The position numbers were made by a program, and so were the translations under genes. Shown here piece by piece: positions 9,758 through 19,465 of a stretch of 64,000 nt of DNA. The notes beneath the pieces are model-generated. The model saw only the letters and a program-made list of their open reading frames with translations, made no database searches and was not told the DNA's origin. This DNA comes from Candidatus Aenigmatarchaeota archaeon (GTDB lineage: Archaea > Aenigmatarchaeota > Aenigmatarchaeia > PWEA01 > JACQIF01): positions 480,001 to 544,000 of the forward strand of contig CP066684.1 of NCBI GenBank assembly GCA_016432325.1, given 5' to 3'. Position 1 is the stretch's first letter, and every line of letters begins with the position of its first letter.

Positions 9758-10675
9758 GTGAAGACGCAGAAGACCGCTGTCAGGTACGCGCCGAGTGACA
9801 CCCGAAGGGTTCCGATGTTTCCTGTCTCGATGCGCACAGCGAAGGCGATAGGCGAACTGTTCCGCGGCGTCGGCGGCAATCTCGTCACGCGTTCCTCGGC
9901 GCTTCCAATGCAGCTCAGGCAAGCCGACATGAACCTCACCGCCGCGGAGTACATGGGCTTCTCGCTTTTCGTGGCGCTCCTGTACGGCATCGTGAGCACA
10001 GCCGCCTCCGGGCTTCTCGAGTACAGGACGACGGGAGGCGCAACGCTCGTCACGCCTGCCATCGGCGTCGTGATGTTTATTGTCACCTTCTTCTTCGTCT
10101 CTTCCTTCCCCCGCGTTTTCGCCATCAGGGTTGCCAAAGAAACGGAGAAGGACATGCTGGGCGCGATGCGCCACCTCCTGATAGAGGTTCGTTCAGGAGT
10201 TTCGCTCTTCCACGCCATGGTGGGCCTTACGAAGGGGTACGGCCGCGTCTCCGTGGAGTTCGACGCGATAGTGAGGGACATCAACTCCGGAATGAAAGAG
10301 GTAGACGCGCTCAACAGGGCGGCGGAGAGGAACACGTCGATATTCTTCAGGAGAACCGTCTGGCAGATGGTGAACTCGTTGCGCGCGGGCAGCGACGTGT
10401 CGACCACTCTCGAATCCATCACAGACGCGTTCACGAAGAACCAGATAATACGCATAAGGCAGTACGGACAGGAACTGAACCCGCTGACGATGCTTTACAT
10501 GATATTCTCGGTCATCCTGCCGAGCCTGGGCATAACGTTCCTGATAGTCCTGTCTTCCATATCGGGTCTCGCGATTCCGCCTGTCGTGCTCCCGCTCATA
10601 ATAGTCGTGCTCGTTGTGTTCCAGTTCTTCTTCATCGGCTACGTCAAAACGCGGAGGCCCAACGTCACCGTCTGA
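9758..10675 (+). CDS. Type II secretion system F / TadB-TadC-like membrane platform protein
   Basis: EVRSGVSL...YG.VS.EF; several TM helices; follows the ATPase. Confidence 0.85.
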   Translation: MKTQKTAVRYAPSDTRRVPMFPVSMRTAKAIGELFRGVGGNLVTRSSALPMQLRQADMNLTAAEYMGFSLFVALLYGIVSTAASGLLEYRTTGGATLVTPAIGVVMFIVTFFFVSSFPRVFAIRVAKETEKDMLGAMRHLLIEVRSGVSLFHAMVGLTKGYGRVSVEFDAIVRDINSGMKEVDALNRAAERNTSIFFRRTVWQMVNSLRAGSDVSTTLESITDAFTKNQIIRIRQYGQELNPLTMLYMIFSVILPSLGITFLIVLSSISGLAIPPVVLPLIIVVLVVFQFFFIGYVKTRRPNVTV

Positions 10676-10684
10676 GGTGCTGAC

Positions 10685-11677
10685 ATGGCTTCAAGACTCA
10701 AGCTTCATGAAGCGGTAGGCGAACTCGTTCCTTACAAGAACGCGCTGGCTACGAACCTCAGGTATGCCGGATACGAGGACGTTCCAGTGCTTACCGTCGC
10801 GGGCTTCATCTTCCTCTACTCGGTTGCTCTCGGCTTCATCGCGTTCCAGATAGTATCGTTCATGAATCTGGGAATATACTACGCGGTCGCCGCGTTCATA
10901 GTGACCGTCGTGGTCGCCCAGGGAATCGCCCACTTGTTCATCATCTTCGAAGGGGAGAAGCGCGCGGCTCAGGTGGACGAGATACTGCCCGATGCGTTGC
11001 AGCTGATAGCTTCAAACATGCGTTCCGGCATGACAATCGACAGGGCGATATGGCTTGCAGCGAGGCCGGAGTTCGGCCCCCTGCAGCAGGAGATAAAACG
11101 CATCAGCACGGAGATGCTTGGCTCGTCTACGGCGCCCGCGGCCTTGGCAAGCCTGCCGCGCAGGATAAAATCCAAGAGCCTGGAGCGCGCCGTAACCCTG
11201 ATAACCGAGGGCCTCAAAGGCGGCGGCGAAATGGCTTCCCTCCTCGACCAGATTGCGGCCGACATCAGGAGCTTCCGCATCCTTCAGGAGGAGGCGCGCA
11301 CGAACATCACGACGTACACGATATTCATAGTCCTGTCCGCAACCATAGGCGCGCCTGCCCTGTTCGCCATATCGAGCGTTTTCATAAGCCTCATGGGCAG
11401 CGTGCTGGCATCCAGTCCGCTGCCGACCGCCTCTGCCATAACGAGTCCCCTGCGCATCACAGCCCCCCAAATAGACCCGGAGAGCGTGCGGGTATTCTCT
11501 CTGGTGACCATAGGCGTCATAACGCTCTTCGCCTCTCTTATCGTGGGTCTCTTGAGGACTGGCGATGAAAAGAACGGCCTGCGCTATGCTCCGCTCATGA
11601 TGGTTGTCGCGCTTCTCGTGTTCTTTGCCGTGCGCTCCATGGTCTCCGGGCTTCTCGGAACGCTCGTTCCGGTCTAA
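10685..11677 (+). CDS. Type II secretion system F / TadC-like membrane platform protein
   Basis: LPDALQLIASNMRSGMTIDRA...ARPEFGPL; GGEMASLL; TM helices. Confidence 0.9.
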   Translation: MASRLKLHEAVGELVPYKNALATNLRYAGYEDVPVLTVAGFIFLYSVALGFIAFQIVSFMNLGIYYAVAAFIVTVVVAQGIAHLFIIFEGEKRAAQVDEILPDALQLIASNMRSGMTIDRAIWLAARPEFGPLQQEIKRISTEMLGSSTAPAALASLPRRIKSKSLERAVTLITEGLKGGGEMASLLDQIAADIRSFRILQEEARTNITTYTIFIVLSATIGAPALFAISSVFISLMGSVLASSPLPTASAITSPLRITAPQIDPESVRVFSLVTIGVITLFASLIVGLLRTGDEKNGLRYAPLMMVVALLVFFAVRSMVSGLLGTLVPV

Positions 11678-11788
11678 AGTTTTATCTCCCTTCCGCCGAT
11701 CGGAAACCCCTTAGAACCGCGGTTTGAAGTTTACCGCGCTGCGCGTTTAAACCTTTATAAGGAGACGCGGCGCACTCTTCCCGATAAC

Positions 11789-12271
11789 ATGGGAAAAGGC
11801 AACAGGCTTCCCGCCCTAAAAGGACAGGCCGCAATGGAGTTCTTGATGACCTACGGATGGGCCTTGCTTATAGTCGTGCTTGTGGCCGCCGTGGTGTTCC
11901 TCGTCGTGCGTCCGGCGGGCCTTGTCGGCGAATCCAAGGTGAGCTTCTCCGGAATCGACGTCACGCGATTCGGGGTGGATTCGGCCAATGACGTCCTGCT
12001 CATGGAAATCCAGAACATACGCTCGACGAGAGTCAACGTGACGGCGATATATGTGGAGTCCGCGACAGGCACGCAGATTGCGAAGACCGACAAGGCAATA
12101 GAACTGGCCTCCGGGAAGAGGAGCACGGGGTTCATAAATGCTACTTTGCCCGTGTCTGTTGAAACCGGCGAGTCCTATGCGTACAGGGTCTTCATCGAGT
12201 ACTATTACAGCGATCTCGGCCCGACGAACAAGCTGAACAGCACAGGAACGCTGTCAGGAACGGCCTCGTGA
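11789..12271 (+). CDS. Archaeal type IV pilin (class III signal peptide)
   Basis: KG/QAAMEFLMTYGW; shares GFIN/DFIN, IEYYY/IEFYY and NSTGTLSGT with 2743-3195. Confidence 0.85.
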   Translation: MGKGNRLPALKGQAAMEFLMTYGWALLIVVLVAAVVFLVVRPAGLVGESKVSFSGIDVTRFGVDSANDVLLMEIQNIRSTRVNVTAIYVESATGTQIAKTDKAIELASGKRSTGFINATLPVSVETGESYAYRVFIEYYYSDLGPTNKLNSTGTLSGTAS

Positions 12272-12307
12272 GTCTTTTTTATATCCGCTCGAGACCCAAC
12301 TGAACCC

Positions 12308-14017
12308 ATGTTCTCCGAATTCAGAGAGGCCGTGCTGGAGACGCTGAAGAAAGAGGTTCCAGCACGCGCGGAAGATTTGGTTGAACCTCCGGAACCCAAG
12401 AGGTTCCGAGGCTCCGGAACTTCGTTCCGCGAGCCGCCTGAAGGCATGGGCGAGCTGGGCTATCCGTGTTTTGGGCTTGCCAAGGAGCAGAAGAAGAGTC
12501 CTGCCGATATCGCTAAAACTCTGGCCGTGCGGCTCAAGACAAAGACGCCAATATCAGAAGTGCGCGCCGTCGGGCCTTACGTGAACTTCTTTGTGGACTG
12601 GAACGCGTTCGCTTCATCAGTCAAGCAAGCCTCGTCCAAGACATGGGGTTCCTCGTCCGTCGGCAAGAACAAGACCGTCATCGTCGAATACTCTTCGCCC
12701 AATGTCGCCAAACCAATGCACGCCGGCCATCTGATGACCACTGTCGTGGGCGACAGCATCTACAGGCTCCTGCGCGCGCAGGGCTACAAGACCGTACGAA
12801 TAAACCATATCGGCGACTGGGGCACCCAGTTCGGCAAGCTCGTTGTCGCATACGAGAAGTGGGGAGACGAGGCCGCGCTGAAGAAGAACCCGATAAAGGA
12901 ACTCGTGCGCGTCTATGTGCGCTTCCACGAGGAGGCCGAACGCAACGACGCGCTGGAAGAGGACGCGAGAAAGGCGTTCGCCCTTCTGGAGAAAGGCGAC
13001 AAGAAGCTGCGCGCGACGTGGAAGCGTTTCGTGGAGCTGAGCCTCGAGGAGTTCAAACGCACTTATGCGGAGCTGGGCGTCGATTTCGACGCGTGGACCG
13101 GCGAGAGTTTTTACGAAGAAATGCTTGGCGACGTCATAGAGGACGCGCTGAAGAAACGCATCGCAGAGGAAGAGGCGGACGGTTCGGTGGTAATAAAATT
13201 CGGCGATTTGCCTCCGATGCTGATACGAAAAAGCGACGGCTCGAGTCTCTACGCGACGCGCGATTTGGCGACTCTGCGCTATCGTGCCGCGCACTACAAG
13301 TTCAACAAGTGCGTTTACGTCGTCGGCGCTCAACAAACTCTTCATTTCCAGCAGCTGTTCGCGGCTGTGTCGCGGCTCGGCTACGCGGATCCGCAAAAGT
13401 GCGTGCATGTGCCTACGGGATACATCAACCTGCCTGGTGGCGCGATGTCAACGCGCAAAGGTACGGCCATCCTTGCCGACGAGATTCTGGAAGAAGCGAA
13501 GAGACGCGCCGCGAACGTCATAGAAGAGAAGAATCCTACGATAAAGAACAAGAATGCCGTCGTGAACAAAGTGGCGATGGGCGCCGTGAAATACACGAAC
13601 CTCGCGCAGCACCGCGGCAAGGACGTCACGTTCGAGTGGGACAAAGTGGTTAATCTTAGGGGAAATTCGGGCCCGTACCTGCAGTACACGTACGCACGCG
13701 CGTCTTCGATACTGCGCGAAGGGAAGGCGAAAAAGGTCAAGCCGAAGTATGAGGACGCGAACGAGCGGCGGCTTCTGCTTAAGATATCGAAGTTACCCGA
13801 CGCCGCCGAGGCCGCTGCTTTGAACCTGACGCCGCACGTAGTCGCCGTCTATCTGCATGAGCTCGCGGAGCTGTTCAACTCCTTTTACGAGAACTGCCAC
13901 GTACTGAAGGAGAAGGAACCCGTACGTTCGTCACGACTGTTGCTAGTAGGCGCGTTCAGAAACACCATGGGCCGCGGGCTGGAACTGTTGGGAATTGAGC
14001 CTTTGGAAGAGATGTAG
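12308..14017 (+). CDS. argS: Arginine--tRNA ligase
   Basis: VEYSSPNVAKPMHAGH, NHIGDWGTQFG, KSDGSSLYATRD, MSTRKG, GPYLQYTYAR, C-terminal LEEM. Confidence 0.97.
   Translation: MFSEFREAVLETLKKEVPARAEDLVEPPEPKRFRGSGTSFREPPEGMGELGYPCFGLAKEQKKSPADIAKTLAVRLKTKTPISEVRAVGPYVNFFVDWNAFASSVKQASSKTWGSSSVGKNKTVIVEYSSPNVAKPMHAGHLMTTVVGDSIYRLLRAQGYKTVRINHIGDWGTQFGKLVVAYEKWGDEAALKKNPIKELVRVYVRFHEEAERNDALEEDARKAFALLEKGDKKLRATWKRFVELSLEEFKRTYAELGVDFDAWTGESFYEEMLGDVIEDALKKRIAEEEADGSVVIKFGDLPPMLIRKSDGSSLYATRDLATLRYRAAHYKFNKCVYVVGAQQTLHFQQLFAAVSRLGYADPQKCVHVPTGYINLPGGAMSTRKGTAILADEILEEAKRRAANVIEEKNPTIKNKNAVVNKVAMGAVKYTNLAQHRGKDVTFEWDKVVNLRGNSGPYLQYTYARASSILREGKAKKVKPKYEDANERRLLLKISKLPDAAEAAALNLTPHVVAVYLHELAELFNSFYENCHVLKEKEPVRSSRLLLVGAFRNTMGRGLELLGIEPLEEM
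12383..12442 (+). repeat. In-frame 48-nt twin-hairpin insertion in argS with duplicated EPPE codons
   Basis: CGGAACC-CAAGA-GGTTCCG, 6-nt linker, CGGAAC-TTC-GTTCCG, between GAACCTCCGGAA and GAGCCGCCTGAA. Confidence 0.7.
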
Positions 14018-14030
14018 CGTTGTCGCCAGA

Positions 14031-14282
14031 CTATTTCTTGCCGAATCCGCACTTCTCGAGCCACGCGTTCCATTTCTTCTCATCCTCTTCGGTGAGCTTG
14101 TGTTTTTCCGCTAAGTCCAAAAACAGTTCTCCCCATTCGCTTGTGCACGGCAGGGCTTCCGCAGGCGGCGTTGTTTTCATCATGACGATAGCGTCGGGGT
14201 TCGCCTTCGCCACTTCCCTGGGGCCGCGTGCGTACGTAAACCTCTCTATCACTTCTTCTATAGAATTGTATTCGTGGTCCAT
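14031..14282 (-). CDS. Hypothetical protein
   Basis: Fills the gap between genes; AGGGAG SD-like motif and TATA upstream. Confidence 0.55.
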   Translation of the reverse strand: MDHEYNSIEEVIERFTYARGPREVAKANPDAIVMMKTTPPAEALPCTSEWGELFLDLAEKHKLTEEDEKKWNAWLEKCGFGKK

Positions 14283-14356
14283 GTAGCTCCCTCGCGTACC
14301 GCTTGTTCAGAAAACGTTATATAAACCGGCGTTCGACGGGCGACGAACGGTTCTGC

Positions 14357-15451
14357 CTAGTGCGTCCTCGTGAGGATGAAGTCGACGGCGAGCCTCAGGT
14401 CGTCCTTGGCCTCGCCTTCAGGAACCCACGTGAGCTTCGTGTCCAATGCGTGCCGCGCTTCTGCAGCAAACTTCTCGGCGAGCTTGGTCGCATACTCAAT
14501 ACTGCCGTACTCCTTCATCTTGTCCAGAACCCACTTGACCTCCTCGCGGCTCTTCTGCTCACGCGTCTTGGCCATTATCTCGTTGAGGCGCTTCGTGTCT
14601 GCCGCGTTGGCGCTGCGCATCAGGTGACCGAGCATCACGGTCTTCTTGCCTTCGTAGATGTCGTTGCAGAACTGCTTCTTGAGGCCCTCGAAATCACTCG
14701 TAATGTCGAGCACGTCGTCCCGTATCTGGAAACAAAGGCCAAGAGGCCTGGCGAAATGGAATATCGAATCGACCTGCTCCTTGGTGGCGCCGCCCAATAT
14801 GGCACCGAGCCTCAGGGGACCGGCTATCGTGTAGTAGACCGTCTTGCCATCCATGATGAAGAAGACGTCCTCGTCCGTGAAATCGCTCTTCCCTTCCTTT
14901 ATCCATTTCATCTCGCACGTTTGCCCGAAGCACGTCCTCATTAGTATGGCATGGAACTCGTCCATGAGCTTGAAGGTCTTCCCGTGTCCCACGAGATCGG
15001 CGTTGTCTCTCAATATCTTCCACATAACCGCATGGAGAGTGTCGCCCGCGTTTATCGCTATCTCAGAAGGGTACAGCCTGTGGAGCGCTGGCTTGCCCCT
15101 TCTCTCTTCCGAATTGTCCTGCCAGTCGTCGTGGCCCAGAATCCAGTCTTCCGACACCTGCATGGCCGCGGATGTGCGCACGGCCTTTTCGCGCGGAACG
15201 CCGAGCGCCTCGGCCATGATCATCAAAAGTACGGGACGTATGTATTTGCCTTGCCTTTCAGGGTACTCGCGCGTGACAGCCCAGTGATATTGTTCTTCAG
15301 GCGCATACCTCTCGTTGAACAGATGAATCTTTGCTACGTCGCGCGAGTGCTTCAGATAGTGGTCTATCTCCGCCCAAATCGCGGGCTTGCGCTCCGCGAG
15401 GACCGATTTGAAAGTCTTCTGAGCCAAAACCTGGCCCGTTCCGTTCACCAT
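14357..15451 (-). CDS. Trans-polyprenyl diphosphate synthase
   Basis: GKYIRP, HDDWQD...RRGKP (FARM), GKT, FQIRDDVLD (SARM), EGKKT. Confidence 0.92.
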   Translation of the reverse strand: MVNGTGQVLAQKTFKSVLAERKPAIWAEIDHYLKHSRDVAKIHLFNERYAPEEQYHWAVTREYPERQGKYIRPVLLMIMAEALGVPREKAVRTSAAMQVSEDWILGHDDWQDNSEERRGKPALHRLYPSEIAINAGDTLHAVMWKILRDNADLVGHGKTFKLMDEFHAILMRTCFGQTCEMKWIKEGKSDFTDEDVFFIMDGKTVYYTIAGPLRLGAILGGATKEQVDSIFHFARPLGLCFQIRDDVLDITSDFEGLKKQFCNDIYEGKKTVMLGHLMRSANAADTKRLNEIMAKTREQKSREEVKWVLDKMKEYGSIEYATKLAEKFAAEARHALDTKLTWVPEGEAKDDLRLAVDFILTRTH

Positions 15452-15578
15452 ACCCTCACACTCCTACCGTTAAGATTGAGGTTATATAAACGCCGCCTAC
15501 GACATTTAACGAGCAGCAAGACTGTGCGCATCGCGCAGACTAAACAGAGGCTATAAATAATAGGGCGACCCTATCAGA

Positions 15579-15597
15579 ATTAACATATATTGCTAAT
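15579..15597 (+). promoter_or_regulatory. Candidate autoregulatory operator ATTAAC-N7-GCTAAT
   Basis: Imperfect palindrome between the TATA (TATAAATA near 15552) and the start of the CARF-HTH gene; the same motif precedes the paralog at 52574-52592. Confidence 0.5.
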
Positions 15598-15606
15598 ATT
15601 GGTTGA

Positions 15607-16401
15607 ATGGGTATGGCAGATCTGGTACAGATAGTCTTTGTAGAAGATCCGGCCGCGCTGGACAGGATGAGGTTCCTGCTGCGCCAGCACATCCCGCACA
15701 AGGTCTACTTCCTTAAGGCGACGGAAGAAGGGGAGCTGGTGAAAAGCGGCTCTGTCACGCGCCCGCAGACCAACACGCCCGCGCTGATAAGAAAGCAGTT
15801 GGAGAAGGAACTCCCAAAATGGGTAGCCGATAACTCGAAAACAATCGAGATTCCGTTCTTCGACATGTCCCGTTGCCTGCCGCAACTCGTCGGGATAATA
15901 CACGAGGAGCGCAAGCAGGAACGCGAGGTTTACATAAACATCCACGGCGGCAGTCGCATACTCTCGACGGCCGCGATGATTGCCAGTGCCATAGCAGGCG
16001 CAAAGGTCTTCTGGATAGAGCCTGCCAAATGGACTCTCAAGAAGTCAGGAGACTACGAGCTGCGCGCTCCGGTAGGCGCGAAAGAGGCCGTGGAGATAAC
16101 GGTGCCGATAACGATTTCCGTTCCCCAGCCTCCTGAGAGCCGCGTGCTCGCGTATCTCCACGCGAAGGGCGGCTCCATCACAGGCAACCTCTCTGAAATG
16201 GCGAAGGAGATAGGCCTCGAGCACCTCGGCGTGGCCGTGAAGAAGCCGAGCTCTGCCGTCGTCAAACTCTCGAAGATATGCGGACGCCTGAAGGAGAAAG
16301 GCCTTGTGCAGACGCGCAAGCTGGACAGGAAATCTTTCCAGGTCGTCCTTACAGAGGAAGGCAAGATACTGGCAGAGATATCGTCGATAATGGAAGACTA
16401 G
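15607..16401 (+). CDS. CARF-like (DUF6293/Csa3-like) plus winged-HTH transcriptional regulator
   Basis: VYINIHGGSRILSTAAMIA CARF-type motif; C-terminal wHTH ending LTEEG; paralog at 51725-52525. Confidence 0.65.
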   Translation: MGMADLVQIVFVEDPAALDRMRFLLRQHIPHKVYFLKATEEGELVKSGSVTRPQTNTPALIRKQLEKELPKWVADNSKTIEIPFFDMSRCLPQLVGIIHEERKQEREVYINIHGGSRILSTAAMIASAIAGAKVFWIEPAKWTLKKSGDYELRAPVGAKEAVEITVPITISVPQPPESRVLAYLHAKGGSITGNLSEMAKEIGLEHLGVAVKKPSSAVVKLSKICGRLKEKGLVQTRKLDRKSFQVVLTEEGKILAEISSIMED

Positions 16402-17474
16402 ACGTCGCGCTCGATCAGATACGCGGCGAACGCGCGAAGCTTTTCTTTCGCATCTGAAGGCTGCAGAACGCCGTCAACATCGGCCCATGCATCCTCCACG
16501 AGTTCGCGCGCCTTGCCTCTGCAGTACTCTATTGCGCCGTATCTCCTGATTATTCCTATGGCTTCGTTACGCAGCTCCTGGTCGGAAGTATGCGCACCGA
16601 GTATTTCCAAAAGGCGTTCCCTGTCTTTCGTATCCGCGTGTTTCAGCGTATGTATCACGAGCAATGAACGCTTGCCTTCCGTCATGTCCTCGCCGAGTCC
16701 TTTCGCTTCAGAGACGCCGCTCGGCGTAATGTTCAATATGTCGTCCTGTATCTGGAAGGCGACGCCTATCGCTTCCGCGAACTTGCCCACGGCCTCTATC
16801 TGTTCGTCTGTGGCGCCTGAGAGGAGGGCGGCCAGACGCGCCGACATGCGCGCGAGGGTTCCGGTCTTGTAGGCGCACATCTGCAGGTACTCGTCCTCTG
16901 TTATTGCGTCGGCGTTCGCCATGCCGCGGTGCCACGCAATGTCCGCGGCCTGTCCGTAACCGAGGTTGAGCATCTCCTGCGCGTAGATGTCGTACGCCCG
17001 CGCCCGAACGTCCGGAGACAGGGACGCGGTGTTTTTTACGAGGGGCAGGAGAGACCAGTAAAACATCGTGGAGCCTGCGTTAACGGCTATGTCCACGCCG
17101 TACTTGATGTGCGTGCACGGCTGCCCGCGGCGTAGTTCGCTCGAATCTTCTATATCGTCGTGTATCAGAGTGCCGTTGTGGACCATCTCCGGAATCATAA
17201 CGAAATCATTCACGCGCTTTGGGTCGCCGCCGAAAGCCTCGACGAGCAGCAGGAAAAGGGCCGGACGCCATCTCTTGCCCCCGCGATAGAGCATGTCCCA
17301 CACGGGCTCTGTGAATGCTTTCCGGATCGCCTCCTTGTTGTATGCATAGCGTGGGACGCCAAACACGCGATTCAGGTGTTCGTGCGTCGGTTCGCGCGGG
17401 AGGTGTCTCTCCATCACAGCGTCCACCAGAGGCGCCGTTGATTTCATTATCTCCTTTATCTCCACATGCCGCAC
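16398..17474 (-). CDS. Polyprenyl (GGPP-type) diphosphate synthase
   Basis: RGGKRWRP, HNGTLIHDDIEDSSELRRG, GQAAD, YKTG, FQIQDD, EGKRS. Confidence 0.93.
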   Translation of the reverse strand: MRHVEIKEIMKSTAPLVDAVMERHLPREPTHEHLNRVFGVPRYAYNKEAIRKAFTEPVWDMLYRGGKRWRPALFLLLVEAFGGDPKRVNDFVMIPEMVHNGTLIHDDIEDSSELRRGQPCTHIKYGVDIAVNAGSTMFYWSLLPLVKNTASLSPDVRARAYDIYAQEMLNLGYGQAADIAWHRGMANADAITEDEYLQMCAYKTGTLARMSARLAALLSGATDEQIEAVGKFAEAIGVAFQIQDDILNITPSGVSEAKGLGEDMTEGKRSLLVIHTLKHADTKDRERLLEILGAHTSDQELRNEAIGIIRRYGAIEYCRGKARELVEDAWADVDGVLQPSDAKEKLRAFAAYLIERDV

Positions 17475-17648
17475 CGGCTGTTACAAAGAAAATCAGCTAT
17501 AAATCCGATTCGTTGGTGTTAACGAGCCGCGCTGTTATGCGCGATGCCGCCGTTATGAGGCGTCCCGTTATTGCTGGCCCAATATCAATACGCGTTCCGC
17601 GTTTCCTTCTTTTTATGGTCAAGTCAACACCAAAGAACAGGTTGTCGT

Positions 17649-18305
17649 ATGGTTCTTGTGCTAGGAATCGATGAAGCCGGTCGCGGCGCAGTGATAGGCC
17701 CGTTGGTCGTGGGAGGCGCACTCATAGACGAGCGTGACGTACAAAAGCTCAAGGATCTCGGCGTCAAGGACTCGAAATTACTGACTCCCGAAAAGCGCGA
17801 ACGCCTCTACGCGGAACTGAAGAGGGTCCTCAAGGATTACGTAACAATCCACATCTCGGCCAAGGAGATAGACGAGTCTCGCGAACGCAAAAATCTCAAC
17901 CAGATAGAAGCCGAGAAGATGGCCGAGATAATAAGGGGTCTTGGAGCGGACGTCGCGTACGTCGACGCGCCTCAGGTGAGCACCGGAAAGTTCCGTGCGT
18001 ATCTCGAAGCGCTCGCGAAGAACCACACGAAGATAATCGCCGAAAACAAGGCCGACGTGACATACCCCATCGTGAGCGCGGCGTCAATAATCGCGAAGGT
18101 CGAGCGCGACTGGGAGATAGAGAAGATAAAGCGCGCGGTCGGCGTTGACTTCGGAGTCGGGTACACGCATGATGAACGCACGATCGCCTTCCTCAAAACG
18201 CTTTTGGATCAACATGGCGAGTTTCCCGATTACGTAAGGAAATCGTGGATAACTTCCGAGAAACTCAAAGAGGCAAAGCAGCAGAAGAAGCTGAAGGACT
18301 ACTAG
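17649..18305 (+). CDS. rnhB: Ribonuclease HII
   Basis: GIDEAGRGAVIGP, VKDSKLL, KAD..YPIVSAASIIAKV.RD, RKSW. Confidence 0.96.
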   Translation: MVLVLGIDEAGRGAVIGPLVVGGALIDERDVQKLKDLGVKDSKLLTPEKRERLYAELKRVLKDYVTIHISAKEIDESRERKNLNQIEAEKMAEIIRGLGADVAYVDAPQVSTGKFRAYLEALAKNHTKIIAENKADVTYPIVSAASIIAKVERDWEIEKIKRAVGVDFGVGYTHDERTIAFLKTLLDQHGEFPDYVRKSWITSEKLKEAKQQKKLKDY

Positions 18306-18886
18306 GCGATCTCCACCAGAATCGACTTCCCGTCCTCGAAGACTATCTGGCGGTAATCGCCGTCATACGTTCGTCCGTCGACATGCACGGTGACGTTGGC
18401 GCCGCCGATTGGGTTGGCGCCTATGGTCGCGTCCCAGATGTCAAGGAACTCGCCGAGAGTGAACGTCCTCTGCACGGGCGACTCGACGTGTATCGTTCCG
18501 CTCGTGTCGTGCGTGTGCAGCCAGTACATGCAACCCTTACCGGAAGGTATGCCTATGCCGGCCGGCACTTTCACCGCAGAGTTGCCTCTGAGGATTTCGA
18601 GCCGCGGATGTATGTGCAACGCCGTGCCCTCCATGGACTGGCATTGTATCCCGCTTATAGCAGGGGCGGGGGAAGACGAACCCGTCTGGGATGACGGCGA
18701 AGAGAGGAAAGCGAAACCCGCGGATGAACCCACGAAGAGAAGGCCTACAAAGATGGCGGACCACTGGGTTTTAGTGAGCCTGGGCAAACCGATGTTAATC
18801 TTGTCGTGCGCAACAGGCGGTTCTTGCGTCCCCTGTTTCTGCTGATGTTCCATCCTGTCCTCCGCATCGTGCGAACGTCTTGACAT
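18302..18886 (-). CDS. Membrane-anchored His-rich putative metal-binding protein
   Basis: TM helix, then LHIHP and CMYWLHTHDTSGTIHVES; third gene of the DsbA operon. Confidence 0.65.
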   Translation of the reverse strand: MSRRSHDAEDRMEHQQKQGTQEPPVAHDKINIGLPRLTKTQWSAIFVGLLFVGSSAGFAFLSSPSSQTGSSSPAPAISGIQCQSMEGTALHIHPRLEILRGNSAVKVPAGIGIPSGKGCMYWLHTHDTSGTIHVESPVQRTFTLGEFLDIWDATIGANPIGGANVTVHVDGRTYDGDYRQIVFEDGKSILVEIA

Positions 18887-18888
18887 TG

Positions 18889-19434
18889 TTACGACCTCTT
18901 TGGAATCGGACACGCACCGTTGTTGGCTATGTCCTTGGACAACCAATAAATAGGCGCTGTCAGGAGCGCGATGCTCAAAATGCGCAGCTCCCAGCCCTGG
19001 AACGGAAGCGCGGCCAGCCCGCCTGCGACTCCCAACAACGAGAGCAGTCCTGTCGCGCAGGCCGGACATCCGGCGCCAAGTGCGCCAAGCGCGAACCCGC
19101 CGAGGCCAGAACCTCCTTGCTTGGCGTTAAAACCGTACGCGCGCACGCGATAAACGAGAAGAGAAACGTTTGTCCCCACGAGGGTTGCGACGATCATCAC
19201 AGACGCGGCCGTTTCTATTCCCGCGGACTGCACGAGGCCCAGAACGAGAGCAACCAGTATCTGTGCTATCCTTTCAATCGGGTATCCAGAGGCAAGCGCT
19301 GTGGTTATGAGAGGCAGGTTCGTCAGAGCGACGTAGAAGACCAGCGTCAATGTGGACGCGACGAACGTAATTATATGATAGGACGGTTTGGAATACACCT
19401 TTTCAAGAGATGAACGAAGGACTTCCAAATCCAT
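18889..19434 (-). CDS. Integral membrane protein with an intramembrane CxxC motif
   Basis: About 4 TM helices; GAGCPACA; C-terminal GAC. Confidence 0.7.
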   Translation of the reverse strand: MDLEVLRSSLEKVYSKPSYHIITFVASTLTLVFYVALTNLPLITTALASGYPIERIAQILVALVLGLVQSAGIETAASVMIVATLVGTNVSLLVYRVRAYGFNAKQGGSGLGGFALGALGAGCPACATGLLSLLGVAGGLAALPFQGWELRILSIALLTAPIYWLSKDIANNGACPIPKRS

Positions 19435-19465
19435 AGTATCACTGTTCTCGCCGATTGTTAATATC

